Positions 1 to 10,049 are shown, counted from the first letter of the stretch. The stretch is 64,000 nucleotides of DNA from Eubacteriales bacterium (GCA_045633405.1 JAZQYD010000058.1:11086-75085), one strand, 5' to 3'. A program made the numbers and translations. Notes: generated by a model from the sequence alone, not told the origin.

Positions 1-388
1 CACGGTACACGGAAGCAAAACGGATGTAGGATACGATATCGATCTCCTTGAGCCTCGAGAGAACAAGCTCTCCGATATCAACGGAGGATATCTCGGAAAC
101 AAGGGAGTTCTGAAGCTCGGTCTCGATCTCCTTAGCGATCTCGGCAGGATCGACAGGACGCTTCTGACACGCTCTCTCAACTCCGAGCTTAAGCTTATGA
201 CTGTCAAAGAATTCGCGTCTGCCATCTTTTTTGACAACCGCGATCGGTACACTATCTATAACCTCGTAGGTGGTGAATCGCTTACCGCAGGAGGGACACT
301 CTCTCCTACGCTTGATGCTGCTGCCATCGCCTGCGGGGCGTGAATCGAGAACTCTCGAGTCGGTTTTGTTACATACGGGACATTTCAT
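1..388 (-). CDS. nrdR: Transcriptional repressor NrdR, N-terminal 129 codons (C-terminus lies beyond window start)
   Basis: Not in ORF track because truncated. Minus-strand translation from ATG (cat at 386-388): MKCPVCNKTDSRVLDSRPAGDGSSIKRRRECPSCGKRFTTYEVIDSVPIAVVKKDGRREFFDSHKL... This is a CxxC...CxxC zinc ribbon followed by the start of an ATP-cone, the NrdR signature. Confidence 0.85.
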   Translation of the reverse strand, partial: MKCPVCNKTDSRVLDSRPAGDGSSIKRRRECPSCGKRFTTYEVIDSVPIAVVKKDGRREFFDSHKLKLGVERACQKRPVDPAEIAKEIETELQNSLVSEISSVDIGELVLSRLKEIDIVSYIRFASVYR

Positions 389-485
389 TATACGTTATAC
401 GCCTCACATTAAAATAAATTATTTAATATTATAGCACACAAAATAAAAAAAGTAAATAGATTAAAAATATTTTTACAAATAATTT

Positions 486-512
486 GCCCGACGGGCTTAC
501 GTCCCGTCGGGC
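486..512 (-). terminator. 10-bp GC-rich hairpin downstream of the PAP2 gene
   Basis: GCCCGACGGG (486-495) pairs with CCCGTCGGGC (503-512), 7-nt loop. The U-tract on the minus strand is weak (AAATTATTTG), so terminator function is uncertain. Confidence 0.4.
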
Positions 513-582
513 TTAAAGGCATACACCGCACTCAAAAATGTAAGCAGTTGTTTACTATTTGTGTGTTTAGGTGGTATGCGTG

Positions 583-1545
583 TTAATTTTTCTTGAATTT
601 TGAAAGCACTTTCTCGGTCAGGCTGTCGAGCCATTTCACACGCCATTTCGAATAATATTTAAAGGTCACAGGATAGAGTGCACCGGCAAATCCGACAATG
701 AGGAAGTATCTTATAACCCTTGCAACGTACTCATTCGGGATGATCGCTCCGAGCACGGGCTTAAGTCCCGACTTCAAAAGGAAGACTATCGAGAGCCCCA
801 CAGCCAGCTTCACAAGCTGGGAATACCATCTTCCCTCGACCTTAAAATCAATGATGCGAGAGTCAATGGGATAGACGAGAATAAGTCCAAAAAGGCATCC
901 GAGAAGTGTCGCACTGTTCTTTCTCGCACTCTCGAGGTTTGCTGCATCAACCGTTATATCATTCGTCATAAAGGTGTAGATAACGAGTGCTACCGACATT
1001 ATCGCCGAGATAGCTATGATCCTAGGCATCGACCTTTTAAATCTATCATCATCCGAAAACACAGGGCGAAGAAGAGTTATCAGGAACACCGCAAGACAGA
1101 GTGACATAAAGACGTCCTCGGGAGTATGAACGCCGAGATACATACGGGAGAAAGACACAAGAATGATAACCGCAAGGCATATAACCTTCACCCTTCTTTT
1201 CTTCGAAAACATTCCGACAGCTCCGAAGGTGCCCGCTACATTCTGCGTATGTCCCGAGGGGAATGAATATCCCGTTGCCTCGGGAATAGCACTCTCGACA
1301 GGCTTAAAGAGCGGGTCACGCACCCACGGACGGTCGATCCTGCACGCCAGCTTCAGCCCCTGATTGATTACAGTACCGAGAAGTCCCGTAATAAGTATAT
1401 AGTACCCCTCCCTCTTGTTAACGCACCAGAAGAAAAATATAGCTATTGCAAGGAAGAGGGTCTCTTCACCGATATGAGTAATGAGCGAAAAGAAGGAATC
1501 AAAAAACGGATTTCTTATTTTCTCAAGAAAATATAAAAGCTCCAT
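583..1545 (-). CDS. PAP2-superfamily phosphatase (membrane, with extra C-terminal TM region)
   Basis: 320-aa ORF. PAP2 motifs are KxxxxxxRP-like (CRIDRPW), SFPSGHT and SRMYLGVHTPEDV. Multiple hydrophobic helices. Confidence 0.8.
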   Translation of the reverse strand: MELLYFLEKIRNPFFDSFFSLITHIGEETLFLAIAIFFFWCVNKREGYYILITGLLGTVINQGLKLACRIDRPWVRDPLFKPVESAIPEATGYSFPSGHTQNVAGTFGAVGMFSKKRRVKVICLAVIILVSFSRMYLGVHTPEDVFMSLCLAVFLITLLRPVFSDDDRFKRSMPRIIAISAIMSVALVIYTFMTNDITVDAANLESARKNSATLLGCLFGLILVYPIDSRIIDFKVEGRWYSQLVKLAVGLSIVFLLKSGLKPVLGAIIPNEYVARVIRYFLIVGFAGALYPVTFKYYSKWRVKWLDSLTEKVLSKFKKN

Positions 1546-1563
1546 AAAAATGTCTCCTGTATA

Positions 1564-2259
1564 TCAAACGTATATTGTCCCAAAAACTCCGATCCACTGA
1601 ACGACAGCTCCCGCAAGAACGAAGAAGTGCCATATGAAATGTGCTACCTTCTTTTTTAGTACAAAGGGAATAATACCGAGGGAGTAAATTATACCTCCAC
1701 CGAGAATATATGCAAGGAATTCGTAGTCCCCCGCCCTTATCATATCGGGAATAAATACAAGTCCGCACCATCCGAGGATAACGTAGAGGGGTATGTGAAT
1801 AAATCTGAGTCTTGTCGGGCCGAACACACAAACAAGAGTGATGCCCGTAGCTATAACCGCCCATTGAAGAATAAGATAAACGATACCGACAGTACCGCCG
1901 ATATACGAAAGAAGAATGGGGGCAAAGGTCGCACCTATAAGGAGATATATCGACGAATAATCGAAGCGTCTGAAGAGCCTTTTCACAGCACTGCCGTAAG
2001 GAAATGCGTGATATAGACAGCTTGCCGTAAACATCACGAAAAGACCCACGAAATAGATGGTAGCACCGACTACCTCAAGAGCTCCTCCTGCAAACACACA
2101 CATCAGTATGAAGGCCACAATGCTGAATGCCGAGCCCGCAAGATGGGTGACGGAATTGCCGATCTCCTCAAGTAATGCACGCTTCGGAGGGTTGATCACT
2201 GCCCTGCCACCGTCGGCGACCAGTGCCGCATCAAGATCGACGTGCAATTGATCCCTCAT
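1564..2259 (-). CDS. Hemolysin III / PAQR family membrane protein (start trimmed to Met47 of the track ORF)
   Basis: Seven hydrophobic segments and HlyIII-type motifs (NSVTHLAG..., YSSIYLLIGATFAPILL, HFIWHFFVLAGAVVQW). The track ORF extends to 2397, but that extension covers a terminator hairpin (2359-2393). ATG at 2257-2259 (MRDQLH...) therefore gives a more plausible 231-aa product. Start uncertain. Confidence 0.7.
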   Translation of the reverse strand: MRDQLHVDLDAALVADGGRAVINPPKRALLEEIGNSVTHLAGSAFSIVAFILMCVFAGGALEVVGATIYFVGLFVMFTASCLYHAFPYGSAVKRLFRRFDYSSIYLLIGATFAPILLSYIGGTVGIVYLILQWAVIATGITLVCVFGPTRLRFIHIPLYVILGWCGLVFIPDMIRAGDYEFLAYILGGGIIYSLGIIPFVLKKKVAHFIWHFFVLAGAVVQWIGVFGTIYV

Positions 2260-2351
2260 CTCACCCTTATCACGTCGGTAGCCTCTGCGAAGCTCCTTTT
2301 TCCTTGTTTTGTATTCCTTTTTTATCTCTTTTCTTTCCAAAGCAATTACCT

Positions 2352-2393
2352 CGCAAAAGCGTCGACCTCTCCGAAAAACTGAAGGGTCGACGC
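2352..2393 (-). terminator. Rho-independent terminator after the RpiB-like gene
   Basis: On the minus strand, GCGTCGACC...GGTCGACGC (9 bp plus about 4 inner pairs) is followed by TTTTGCG. It lies just downstream of the stop at 2421. Confidence 0.6.
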
Positions 2394-2420
2394 TCAAAAA
2401 ACCGAATATTAACCTATTAA

Positions 2421-3059
2421 TCAGCCGAGAAGCTTCTCAACGCAAGCCTTGATTCTGTCGCACTTGCAGTTAGCGTAGAAGTACTCCTTGAACTTAGCAC
2501 CGCCAAGAGCACCGAGAACGAGCTCTCTGTCAAGGTTCTCGAGAATGTAAACGATATCGTTATGGGTAACCTTCTTTACCTCATCGAGGATCTTCTTGTT
2601 TCTCTGCTCGGGAACAGCTCTCTCACGGGGATAGCCAAGACCCCACTCGGAAACGAAGAGCTTCTCAAATACGTACTGAAGGTTGGGCTCACAGCCCCAG
2701 CCCCAGCCCTTAGCGAAAGGCATAGCGATAGCGTTACCGTTGTTTACCTGAGTGAACTGGTAAGCGTCGGTGGGATCAACAACGTGACCGCAAAGAACGC
2801 CGGGGAAGGAGTTACAAGCGAGCATAGCACCCTCGCCGGTACCGCAACCGGTGATAACGAGATCACAAGCACCGGAGTTAAGAAGAACTGCGGAGAGAAT
2901 ACCGATCTGAACGTAGGTAAGCTGCTCCTTGTCCTCTGCGGAATACATACCGTAGTTAAATACCTCGTGGCCGAGGGGCTCAACTACCTTCTTAAGAGTG
3001 TCGCAGATAAGTGCGTTTTTAGCCGCCTGGCTGTTTTCGTTGATAAGTGCAATTTTCAT
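2421..3059 (-). CDS. RpiB/LacA/LacB-family sugar-phosphate isomerase (long ~210-aa form)
   Basis: 212 aa. MKIALINENSQ..., DLVITGCGTGEGAMLACNSFPGV..., and NAIAMPF aligns by eye to the RpiB core (ICGTGIGMSIAANK...). Confidence 0.6.
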   Translation of the reverse strand: MKIALINENSQAAKNALICDTLKKVVEPLGHEVFNYGMYSAEDKEQLTYVQIGILSAVLLNSGACDLVITGCGTGEGAMLACNSFPGVLCGHVVDPTDAYQFTQVNNGNAIAMPFAKGWGWGCEPNLQYVFEKLFVSEWGLGYPRERAVPEQRNKKILDEVKKVTHNDIVYILENLDRELVLGALGGAKFKEYFYANCKCDRIKACVEKLLG

Positions 3060-3096
3060 TTTTCTATTCCTTTTCTTAATTTAATAATCAAAATAA

Positions 3097-4383
3097 TTAC
3101 GGAGTGAGTCTGTTAGGACCTCTGAAGAGGAACTGTGTCTCCTTGATGGACGTGCCAAGGAAGAGCATCGTAAGACGGTCGATACCGATTCCGAAGCCGC
3201 CGTGGGGAGGACATCCGTACTTGAAGAACTCAAGATAGAACTTAACGTCATCCGCAAGTCCCTTCTCCTCTGCCTGAGCCTTAAGAACGTCGTATCTGTG
3301 CTCACGCTGAGCACCCGTGGTGATCTCAACGCCTCTCCAGATAAGGTCATAGCCCTGAGGAACGCCGTTCTCATCACGCATATGGTAGAATGCTCTGTCA
3401 GCGGCACTGTAATCGGTAACGAAGAGGAACTCGTGTCCGAACATATCCTGTGCAAGCTGCTTGGTCATTCTCTCAGCATCAGTGGTAAGGTCACCCTTAA
3501 CCTCATCTGCAACCTTGTAGCCGTATCTAGCCTCAAGCTCGGCATATACGTCGGCAAGCTTCATTCTCGGGAAAGGAAGCTTGGGAACTGTAATATCAAG
3601 ATCAAAGAGAGCCTTAAGCTCCTCACCGTGAGCCTCCTTTACCTTAGCAAGTGCATAGGCAAGAAGCTCCTCCTCCATCTTCATAACGTCCTCGTAGGAG
3701 TCGATATAGGAGAACTCGAGGTCGAAGCCGGTGAACTCGGTAGCGTGCTTATTGGTATAAGACTTCTCTGCTCTGAATACGGGGCCGGTCTCGAAGATTC
3801 TCTCAAGGCCGGAGGCCATAGCCATCTGCTTATAGAACTGAGGAGACTGTGCAAGATAAGCCTTAGTATCGAAGTATTTTACCTCAAATACGTCGGATCC
3901 CGACTCGCTGGCAGCTGCAATAAGCTTAGGAGTGTGGATCTCAACAAAGTTTCTCTCAACAAGAAACTCTCTCATAGCCGCAGTGAGAGTTGTCTGAAGC
4001 TTAAGCATCAGATGATTCTTCTCACGGCGAAGGTCGATCCATCTGTAATCCATACGTACGTCGATATCCGAATCCTCCTTGATAGGAAGGGCCTCGGCGA
4101 TAGACTCGATCTTCATCGAGGTGGGATACATCTCACGTCCGCCAAGCTTAACGTACTCACTGTTAACCACCTCGCCCTCGAAGGAAACGACGGAGTTAAT
4201 GGTAAGTGTGTCGAGCATCTCATTCATCTCGGGATGCTCCTCCTTGATAACGGTAACCTGAAGCTTGCCTGTCACGTCACGAACAACGATGAAGGCCATA
4301 TTCTTCTTGTTGCGGAAATTCTCAACGAATCCCTGCACCTTGCGTATTCCGGGTGTAATGTCCTTTATATAGGTTCTTTCCAT
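3097..4383 (-). CDS. aspS: Aspartate--tRNA ligase, archaeal/type-2 form (possibly non-discriminating)
   Basis: 428 aa. Class IIb motifs are FRAEKSYTNKHATEF, GAQREHRYDVL, FYLEFFKYGCPPHGGFGIGIDRL and a C-terminal LFRGPNRLTP. These match the archaeal-type AspRS pattern (GGQREHRHD / PPHGGFGLG / FPRDxxRLTP) better than AsnRS. Confidence 0.85.
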   Translation of the reverse strand: MERTYIKDITPGIRKVQGFVENFRNKKNMAFIVVRDVTGKLQVTVIKEEHPEMNEMLDTLTINSVVSFEGEVVNSEYVKLGGREMYPTSMKIESIAEALPIKEDSDIDVRMDYRWIDLRREKNHLMLKLQTTLTAAMREFLVERNFVEIHTPKLIAAASESGSDVFEVKYFDTKAYLAQSPQFYKQMAMASGLERIFETGPVFRAEKSYTNKHATEFTGFDLEFSYIDSYEDVMKMEEELLAYALAKVKEAHGEELKALFDLDITVPKLPFPRMKLADVYAELEARYGYKVADEVKGDLTTDAERMTKQLAQDMFGHEFLFVTDYSAADRAFYHMRDENGVPQGYDLIWRGVEITTGAQREHRYDVLKAQAEEKGLADDVKFYLEFFKYGCPPHGGFGIGIDRLTMLFLGTSIKETQFLFRGPNRLTP

Positions 4384-4422
4384 TTTTAAAAATCCTTTTC
4401 AAAGTATAGCTTTACTTATAAT

Positions 4423-4451
4423 ATTATACTTTAACGTTTGACAAAAGTCAA
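4423..4451 (-). promoter_or_regulatory. Sigma-A-type promoter for aspS
   Basis: Minus strand: TTGACT (4451-4446), 17 nt, TATAAT (4428-4423), about 40 nt upstream of the aspS ATG. Confidence 0.7.
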
Positions 4452-4473
4452 GCACAATGGCAAAATAAACCAA

Positions 4474-4563
4474 AATAACCGCCCGAGATGAAAAAGGGTC
4501 GGTTATTGGCGACCGCAGATCTCAAATAAGGAATAGAAAAACCGCCTCGTAATCCGAGGCGGT
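4474..4563 (-). terminator. Two tandem rho-independent terminators
   Basis: Minus strand: ACCGCCTCG-gatta-CGAGGCGGT followed by TTTTT (4563-4535). Then AACCGaCCC...GGGCGGTT followed by ATTTTGGTTTATTTT (4505-4474). They close the small-ORF transcription unit upstream of aspS. Confidence 0.7.
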
Positions 4564-4646
4564 CACGGGTATATAAAACGAGCGTTTTGTTTGTTATCTA
4601 CAAGAAAGTGACCGTAATCGACCCGTTAATGTTTGTTTTTTCTTTT

Positions 4647-4868
4647 TTAAAGAATGTTGTCGGGCCCGAGGTAAAGGTCTCTCTTCTCCTCCTCGGTGAG
4701 CTCCTCAATGTCCTTGCCCTCTATCATAGCCGTCCACGCTCTGTTAGGCACGGGAGGGTTGAATGCGGGGGGTACAATACCGGGAGAATTGATTCCCGCC
4801 TTACCGCCGGGTGCTCCGGGTCTGTCTGTTAAAATAGGAAGTTCCTTGCTCTTCTTACTCTTATCCAT
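4647..4868 (-). CDS. Small Pro/Gly-rich hypothetical protein (73 aa)
   Basis: The internal Met of the 99-aa track ORF is preceded by AAAGGA (ctccacgaaaggattatttgatATG). Product: MDKSKKSKELPILTDRPGAPGGKAGINSPGIVPPAFNPPVPNRAWTAMIEGKDIEELTEEEKRDLYLGPDNIL. No family recognised. Confidence 0.35.
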   Translation of the reverse strand: MDKSKKSKELPILTDRPGAPGGKAGINSPGIVPPAFNPPVPNRAWTAMIEGKDIEELTEEEKRDLYLGPDNIL

Positions 4869-5072
4869 ATCAAATAATCCTTTCGTGGAGATTCCACGGT
4901 GATAGTTTCTGCAATGATGAGTTAAATTATTCGGGGCAGAAGGCAATAGAAAAACAAAAATCGAGAAAAAGGCAGGTTTCTAACCTCGATAGAAACAAGT
5001 TTTATATATTTAAAGAGAGGCACTCATAAAGAGCACCTCTCTTTTCGGGTTATAAAGAAAGACGATAGTCCA

Positions 5073-8000
5073 TTATTTGAAATACTTAACCATTGACTTA
5101 AACATCTTAATGTCGTAATCGCCGATCACGTTTCTGTAAAGACCGCGGTCAATACGCTCCGAGTGACCCATCTTACCGAAGACGCGTCCGTCGGGAGAGG
5201 TTATACCCTCAATCGCAAGGGTGGAACCGTTCGGGTTATAGTCGATACCGTAGGTAGCCTCACCTGCAAGATCAACGTACTGAGTTGCAATCTGTCCGTT
5301 CCTTATAAGCTCACGCACGGTCTCGTCGGATGCCAAGAACTTACCCTCACCGTGGGAGATCGGAACGTTATAGACCTCACCGACCTCGCAAAGAGAAAGC
5401 CAAGGAGACATATTCGATGCAATACGGGTCCTTACTATCTTCGACTGGTGGCGAGCGATGTTATTAAAGGTAAGGGTGGGACAGCTCTCATCGGTATCCA
5501 TGATCTTACCGAAGGGAACGAGTCCAAGCTTAACGAGTGCCTGGAAGCCGTTACAAATACCGCACATAAGACCGTCACGGCGGTCAAGAAGCTCACCTAC
5601 CGCCTCCTTAACGTCTGCACCGCGGAAGAATGCCGTAATAAACTTACCCGATCCGTCAGGCTCGTCACCGCCCGAGAATCCGCCGGGAACGAAGATCGCC
5701 TGCGACTCCCCTATCTTCTTAACGAAGGTCTCAGAGGAGCGTCTGATACCGTCACGGGTGAGGTTGTTGATAACGAAGATATCAGCATCAGCACCTGCAT
5801 CGGTAACCGCCTTAGCGGAATCGTATTCACAGTTCGTGCCGGGGAATACGGGGATAAGCACCTTAGGACGTGCAACCTTAACCGAGGGTGCCTTACGTGT
5901 CTTAGCCTCAAAGCTTACCGTCTCGACGGGAGCATCGGGGCTCTTGATATTGCAGGAGTATACACTCTCAAGCTTTCCTTCATAAGCCTCGGAAAGCTTG
6001 CAAAGCTCAACAGAAGCACCGTTATAGGAGATTGCGGGAGCGTCAGTAACCTCACCGATAACACGGCCAAGATCAACGTCAGAGGTCACCTCGAGGATGA
6101 ACGAGCCGTACTGATAGCCGAAGATATCGGAAAGAGTCATAGACTTATCAAATGCGAAGCCGAGACCGTTACCCATTGCCATCTTTGCGACAGCCTCTGC
6201 GACACCGCCAATGGTGGGTGTGTATGCGGAAAGAACCTTGCCCTCTCTCATAAGAGCAGTTACCTTATCGAAGGTCGCGATAAGAGACTCTCTCACGGGA
6301 AGACCCGACTCGGTATACTCGGGAGCTACAAGGATAACACGGCTTCCCGCCTTCTTAAGCTCGGGGGAAATTACGTTATTTATATTATCGGTAGTAACTG
6401 CGAAGGAGATAAGAGTGGGAGGAACGTCAAGCTTCTCAAAGCTTCCGCTCATCGAATCCTTACCGCCGATAGCGGCAACACCGAAGTCCATCTGTGCTGT
6501 AAATGCACCGAGAAGTGCCGAGAGAGGCTTGCCCCATCTCTTGGGATCCTTCATAGGCTTCTCAAAATACTCCTGGAAGGTAAGGTAGGTATCCTTAAAA
6601 TCAGCACCCGTGGCGATAAGCTTGGAGATAGACTCAACTACCGCAAGATATGCACCGTGATAGGGGCTCTTCTCGGAGATATAGGGGTTATAGCCCCATG
6701 ACATAAGAGAAACGGTGTCGGTATGTCCCTTCTCAACCGAGATCTTATGTACCATAGCCTGAATGGGAGTTCTCTGATATTTTCCGCCGAAGGGCATAAG
6801 TACCGTGCCCGCACCGATGGTGCTGTCGAATCTCTCGGAGAGTCCACGCTTAGAACAGCAGTTAAGGTCGCTGACTACTGCGGTAAGACCGTCCTCGAAG
6901 CTCTCGGGAATAGCCTTCTCAAAGCTCTCGCGGGACTTAGCCTCGATCTCGATATGCTTCTCTGCACCGTTGGAGTTAAGGAAGTCACGGCTGATATCAC
7001 AGATAACCTTGCCGTTCCATCTCATCGTGAGGCGTTCCTCACTCTTAACACGTGCGACAACGGTAGCCTCGAGGTTCTCGCTGTCTGCAAGCTCTAAGAA
7101 TCTGTCCTTATCAGAAGCCTCAACTACAACCGCCATTCTCTCCTGCGACTCACTGATCGCAAGCTCGGTGCCGTCAAGTCCGTCATACTTCTTGGGAACT
7201 GCATTGAGGTCGATATCGAGACCGTCAGCAAGCTCTCCGATAGCAACGGAGACTCCGCCCGCACCGAAATCGTTACAACGCTTGATCATCGAGGAGACCT
7301 CGGGATTTCTGAAGAGTCTCTGGATCTTTCTCTCCTCGGGAGCGTTACCCTTCTGCACCTCTGCACCGCAATTCTCGAGCGACTTGAGAGTATGCGACTT
7401 GGATGATCCGGTAGCACCGCCGCATCCGTCACGTCCCGTTCTGCCTCCGAGAAGGATAACGAGATCGCCGTCCTCGGGGCACTCTCTTCTTACGTTCTTA
7501 GCAGGAGCGGCGGCAATAACAGCACCGACCTCCATATGCTTAGCGGCATAGCCGTCGTGATAGATCTCATCAACAATACCCGTAGCAAGACCGATCTGGT
7601 TACCGTAGGAGGAATAGCCGGCCGCCGCAGTGGTGACGATCTTTCTCTGAGGAAGCTTGCCCTCAAGGGTCTCGTCAAGAGGACGGAGAGGATCTGCCGC
7701 ACCGGTAAGACGCATAGCACCGTAGACGTAGGAGCGACCCGAGAGAGGGTCTCTTATAGCTCCGCCGATACAGGTTGCCGCACCTCCGAAGGGCTCGATC
7801 TCTGTGGGGTGGTTGTGTGTTTCATTCTTGAAGAGGAGAAGCCAGGGCTCTTCCTTTCCGTCAACGTTCACGGTGATCTTAACCGTGCAGGCGTTGATCT
7901 CCTCGCTCTCGTCAAGCTTATCAAGCTTACCGAGCTTCTTCAAGCACTTGGCCGCAATCGTGCCTATGTCCATGAGGTTCTGAGGCTTGGTTCTGCCTAT

Positions 8001-8762
8001 CGACTCTCTTGCGGCAAGATATTCATTATACGCCTCCTCGATCTCCTTATCAAGGAAGGTAACCTTATCAATAGTGGTAAGGAAGGTGGTATGACGGCAG
8101 TGATCCGACCAATAGGTGTCGATCATTCTGATCTCGGTGATGGTGGGGTCACGGTTCTCCTTCACGAAGTAGTCCTGACAGAACTTGACGTCATCGATAT
8201 CCATAGCGAGTCCAAGCTCTGCAAGGAAGCTCTCAAGTCCCTCTCTGTCAAGCTTGGTAAAGCCGTCAAGCACACGCACCTCACTGGGAACCGTATACTC
8301 CTGCTTGATGGTGTCCTTAAGCTCGAGCGAAGCCTCACGTGCCTCAACGGGGTTGATAACGTGCTTCTTGATCTTCGCTATCTCTCCCTCGGTAAGCTTG
8401 CCGTAGAGCATATAGACTCTCGCACTTCTTACGTCGGGCTTCTCGCCCTGAGAGATGAGCTGAATACACTGAGCCGCAGAATCCGCACGCTGGTCAAACT
8501 GACCGGGAAGATACTCGGTGGCGAATACGTACGCACCGTCCGAGTCGAGCTCGGAATAGGTATTATCAAGCTGGGGCTCGGAGAATACCGCAGAGGTTGC
8601 GTAATCGAACAGCTCACGTGAGAGATTCTCCGCATCATATCTGTTTAATATTCTGACCTTCTCGACAGAGGAAATACCGAGGAAGGTCTCTATCTCGGAC
8701 CTGAGGGCTCTCGCCTCGTTATCAAGTCCTATCTTTTTCTCAACAAAAATACGGTAAACCAT
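5073..8762 (-). CDS. purL: Phosphoribosylformylglycinamidine (FGAM) synthase, single-chain large form
   Basis: 1229 aa. It has an N-terminal PurS-like region, duplicated AIR-synthase-like domains (NETHNHPTEIEPFGGAATCIGG) and a C-terminal glutaminase (GICNGFQAL, PISHGEGKF). Confidence 0.92.
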   Translation of the reverse strand: MVYRIFVEKKIGLDNEARALRSEIETFLGISSVEKVRILNRYDAENLSRELFDYATSAVFSEPQLDNTYSELDSDGAYVFATEYLPGQFDQRADSAAQCIQLISQGEKPDVRSARVYMLYGKLTEGEIAKIKKHVINPVEAREASLELKDTIKQEYTVPSEVRVLDGFTKLDREGLESFLAELGLAMDIDDVKFCQDYFVKENRDPTITEIRMIDTYWSDHCRHTTFLTTIDKVTFLDKEIEEAYNEYLAARESIGRTKPQNLMDIGTIAAKCLKKLGKLDKLDESEEINACTVKITVNVDGKEEPWLLLFKNETHNHPTEIEPFGGAATCIGGAIRDPLSGRSYVYGAMRLTGAADPLRPLDETLEGKLPQRKIVTTAAAGYSSYGNQIGLATGIVDEIYHDGYAAKHMEVGAVIAAAPAKNVRRECPEDGDLVILLGGRTGRDGCGGATGSSKSHTLKSLENCGAEVQKGNAPEERKIQRLFRNPEVSSMIKRCNDFGAGGVSVAIGELADGLDIDLNAVPKKYDGLDGTELAISESQERMAVVVEASDKDRFLELADSENLEATVVARVKSEERLTMRWNGKVICDISRDFLNSNGAEKHIEIEAKSRESFEKAIPESFEDGLTAVVSDLNCCSKRGLSERFDSTIGAGTVLMPFGGKYQRTPIQAMVHKISVEKGHTDTVSLMSWGYNPYISEKSPYHGAYLAVVESISKLIATGADFKDTYLTFQEYFEKPMKDPKRWGKPLSALLGAFTAQMDFGVAAIGGKDSMSGSFEKLDVPPTLISFAVTTDNINNVISPELKKAGSRVILVAPEYTESGLPVRESLIATFDKVTALMREGKVLSAYTPTIGGVAEAVAKMAMGNGLGFAFDKSMTLSDIFGYQYGSFILEVTSDVDLGRVIGEVTDAPAISYNGASVELCKLSEAYEGKLESVYSCNIKSPDAPVETVSFEAKTRKAPSVKVARPKVLIPVFPGTNCEYDSAKAVTDAGADADIFVINNLTRDGIRRSSETFVKKIGESQAIFVPGGFSGGDEPDGSGKFITAFFRGADVKEAVGELLDRRDGLMCGICNGFQALVKLGLVPFGKIMDTDESCPTLTFNNIARHQSKIVRTRIASNMSPWLSLCEVGEVYNVPISHGEGKFLASDETVRELIRNGQIATQYVDLAGEATYGIDYNPNGSTLAIEGITSPDGRVFGKMGHSERIDRGLYRNVIGDYDIKMFKSMVKYFK

Positions 8763-8765
8763 CAG

Positions 8766-10034
8766 TTATCCTTTCTTCGCCATAAGGGCACGTCTGCCGA
8801 TATCGTTTCTGAAGTAAGCGTTATCAAAGCTTACCCCTTCTACCTTTTTGTAGGCAAGAGCGATAGCATTCTCAAGTGTCGCATCCACAGCGGTTACACC
8901 GAGCACACGTCCGCCTGCAGTAAGAAGCTTATCTCCGTCAAGCTTAGCACCCGCTACGTACACGGAGGGCTTGACGCTCTCGTCGATATTGATCTCATAT
9001 CCGCTCCTATATGCCTCGGGATAGCCGTCAGATGCCATTATTACACAGCACGCACTCTTCTCAGAGAACTTAACCTCGCACTCAGAGAGACGTCCCTCTG
9101 TGCACGCACGCATTATATCAAAAAGATCGCTCTCAAGAAGAGGAAGGACTACCTGAGTCTCGGGGTCGCCGAAGCGGCAATTGTACTCAATAACCTTGGG
9201 GCCGTCCTTAGTAAGCATAAGTCCGAAGTAAAGACATCCGCGGAACTCCCTGCCCTCAGCCTTCATTGCATTGATGGTAGGAAGGAATATCGTCTTCATA
9301 CATTCATCGGCAATAGCATCGGTGTAATAGGGGTTGGGAGCGACCGTGCCCATACCGCCCGTATTAAGTCCCTCATCGTTATCCTTCGCACGCTTATGAT
9401 CCATAGAGGAGATCATGGGCTTCACGGTAGTGCCGTCTGTAAATGCAAGAACGGAAACCTCAGGTCCCTCGAGGAACTCCTCGACTACGATGCGGCTGCC
9501 GCTCGCACCGAATTTACCGTCCTCCATCATACTCTTGACGGCAGAAAGAGCATCCTCACGGCACTCAGCAATGATTACACCCTTACCGAGTGCGAGTCCG
9601 TCCGCCTTAACAACAGTGGGGATGGGTGCGGTTTCGAGATATTTGTAGGCATCCTCGGCTCTCTCGAACACCTCGTAGCGAGCAGTGGGAATACCGTACT
9701 TTTTCATAAGATTCTTCGAGAATACCTTACTACCCTCGATGATAGCGGCACACGCACGGGGGCCGAAGCAAGGAATGCCGATCTCCTCCAAGCGGTCAAC
9801 GCATCCGAGAACAAGGGGATCGTCGGGTGCGACAACAGCATAGTCTATCTTCTCCTTTGCCGCGAACTCCGAGATCTTATCAAGATCCTTAGCACCGATG
9901 GGCACGAGAGTCGCTTCATCCTTCATTCCGCCGTTACCGGGGAGGGCGAAGATCTCGTCTATTTCTTTGTTTTCTCTAAGCTTTTTAATGATGGCGTGCT
10001 CTCTTCCGCCGCCACCTACAACCATTACCTTCAT
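8766..10034 (-). CDS. purD: Phosphoribosylamine--glycine ligase
   Basis: 422 aa. MKVMVVGGGGREHAI..., ATP-grasp core and GPKVIEYNCRFGDPETQ. Confidence 0.92.
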   Translation of the reverse strand: MKVMVVGGGGREHAIIKKLRENKEIDEIFALPGNGGMKDEATLVPIGAKDLDKISEFAAKEKIDYAVVAPDDPLVLGCVDRLEEIGIPCFGPRACAAIIEGSKVFSKNLMKKYGIPTARYEVFERAEDAYKYLETAPIPTVVKADGLALGKGVIIAECREDALSAVKSMMEDGKFGASGSRIVVEEFLEGPEVSVLAFTDGTTVKPMISSMDHKRAKDNDEGLNTGGMGTVAPNPYYTDAIADECMKTIFLPTINAMKAEGREFRGCLYFGLMLTKDGPKVIEYNCRFGDPETQVVLPLLESDLFDIMRACTEGRLSECEVKFSEKSACCVIMASDGYPEAYRSGYEINIDESVKPSVYVAGAKLDGDKLLTAGGRVLGVTAVDATLENAIALAYKKVEGVSFDNAYFRNDIGRRALMAKKG

Positions 10035-10049
10035 CGAATCCCTCCGATA

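Noticed and set aside
1564-2397. Full 277-aa version of the hemolysin-III ORF.
   Set aside because: - The 46-codon N-terminal extension is Lys/Arg/Glu-rich.
- It spans the terminator hairpin of the upstream RpiB-like gene (2359-2393).
- An internal Met at 2259 gives a normal-length HlyIII protein. The start remains uncertain.
3202-4389. Long antisense ORFs opposite real genes. Examples are 3202-4389(+), 5163-6701(+), 7536-8621(+), 9396-10994(+), 12892-13746(+), 41576-42862(-), 46485-47324(+), 50526-51887(+), 56397-57866(+), 58442-59764(+) and 61198-62772(+).
   Set aside because: - They mirror strongly supported genes on the other strand.
- Their products are low-complexity (Leu/Ser/Val/Gly/Arg-rich) with no motifs, RBS or promoters.
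- This is typical of shadow ORFs produced by codon bias that avoids stop-complement codons.
4384-4640. Possible T-box leader upstream of aspS.
   Set aside because: - The region contains two terminators that belong to the upstream small-ORF unit, then a TTGACT-17-TATAAT promoter only ~40 nt from the ATG.
- No T-box sequence (AGGGUGGNACCGCG-like) or specifier architecture is present.
5012-5044. Hairpin after purL as a canonical intrinsic terminator.
   Set aside because: - A 12-bp interrupted stem is present.
- On the minus strand it is followed by AAATATATAAAAC rather than a U-tract.
- Termination may be inefficient or factor-dependent, so it is not listed as a confident feature.
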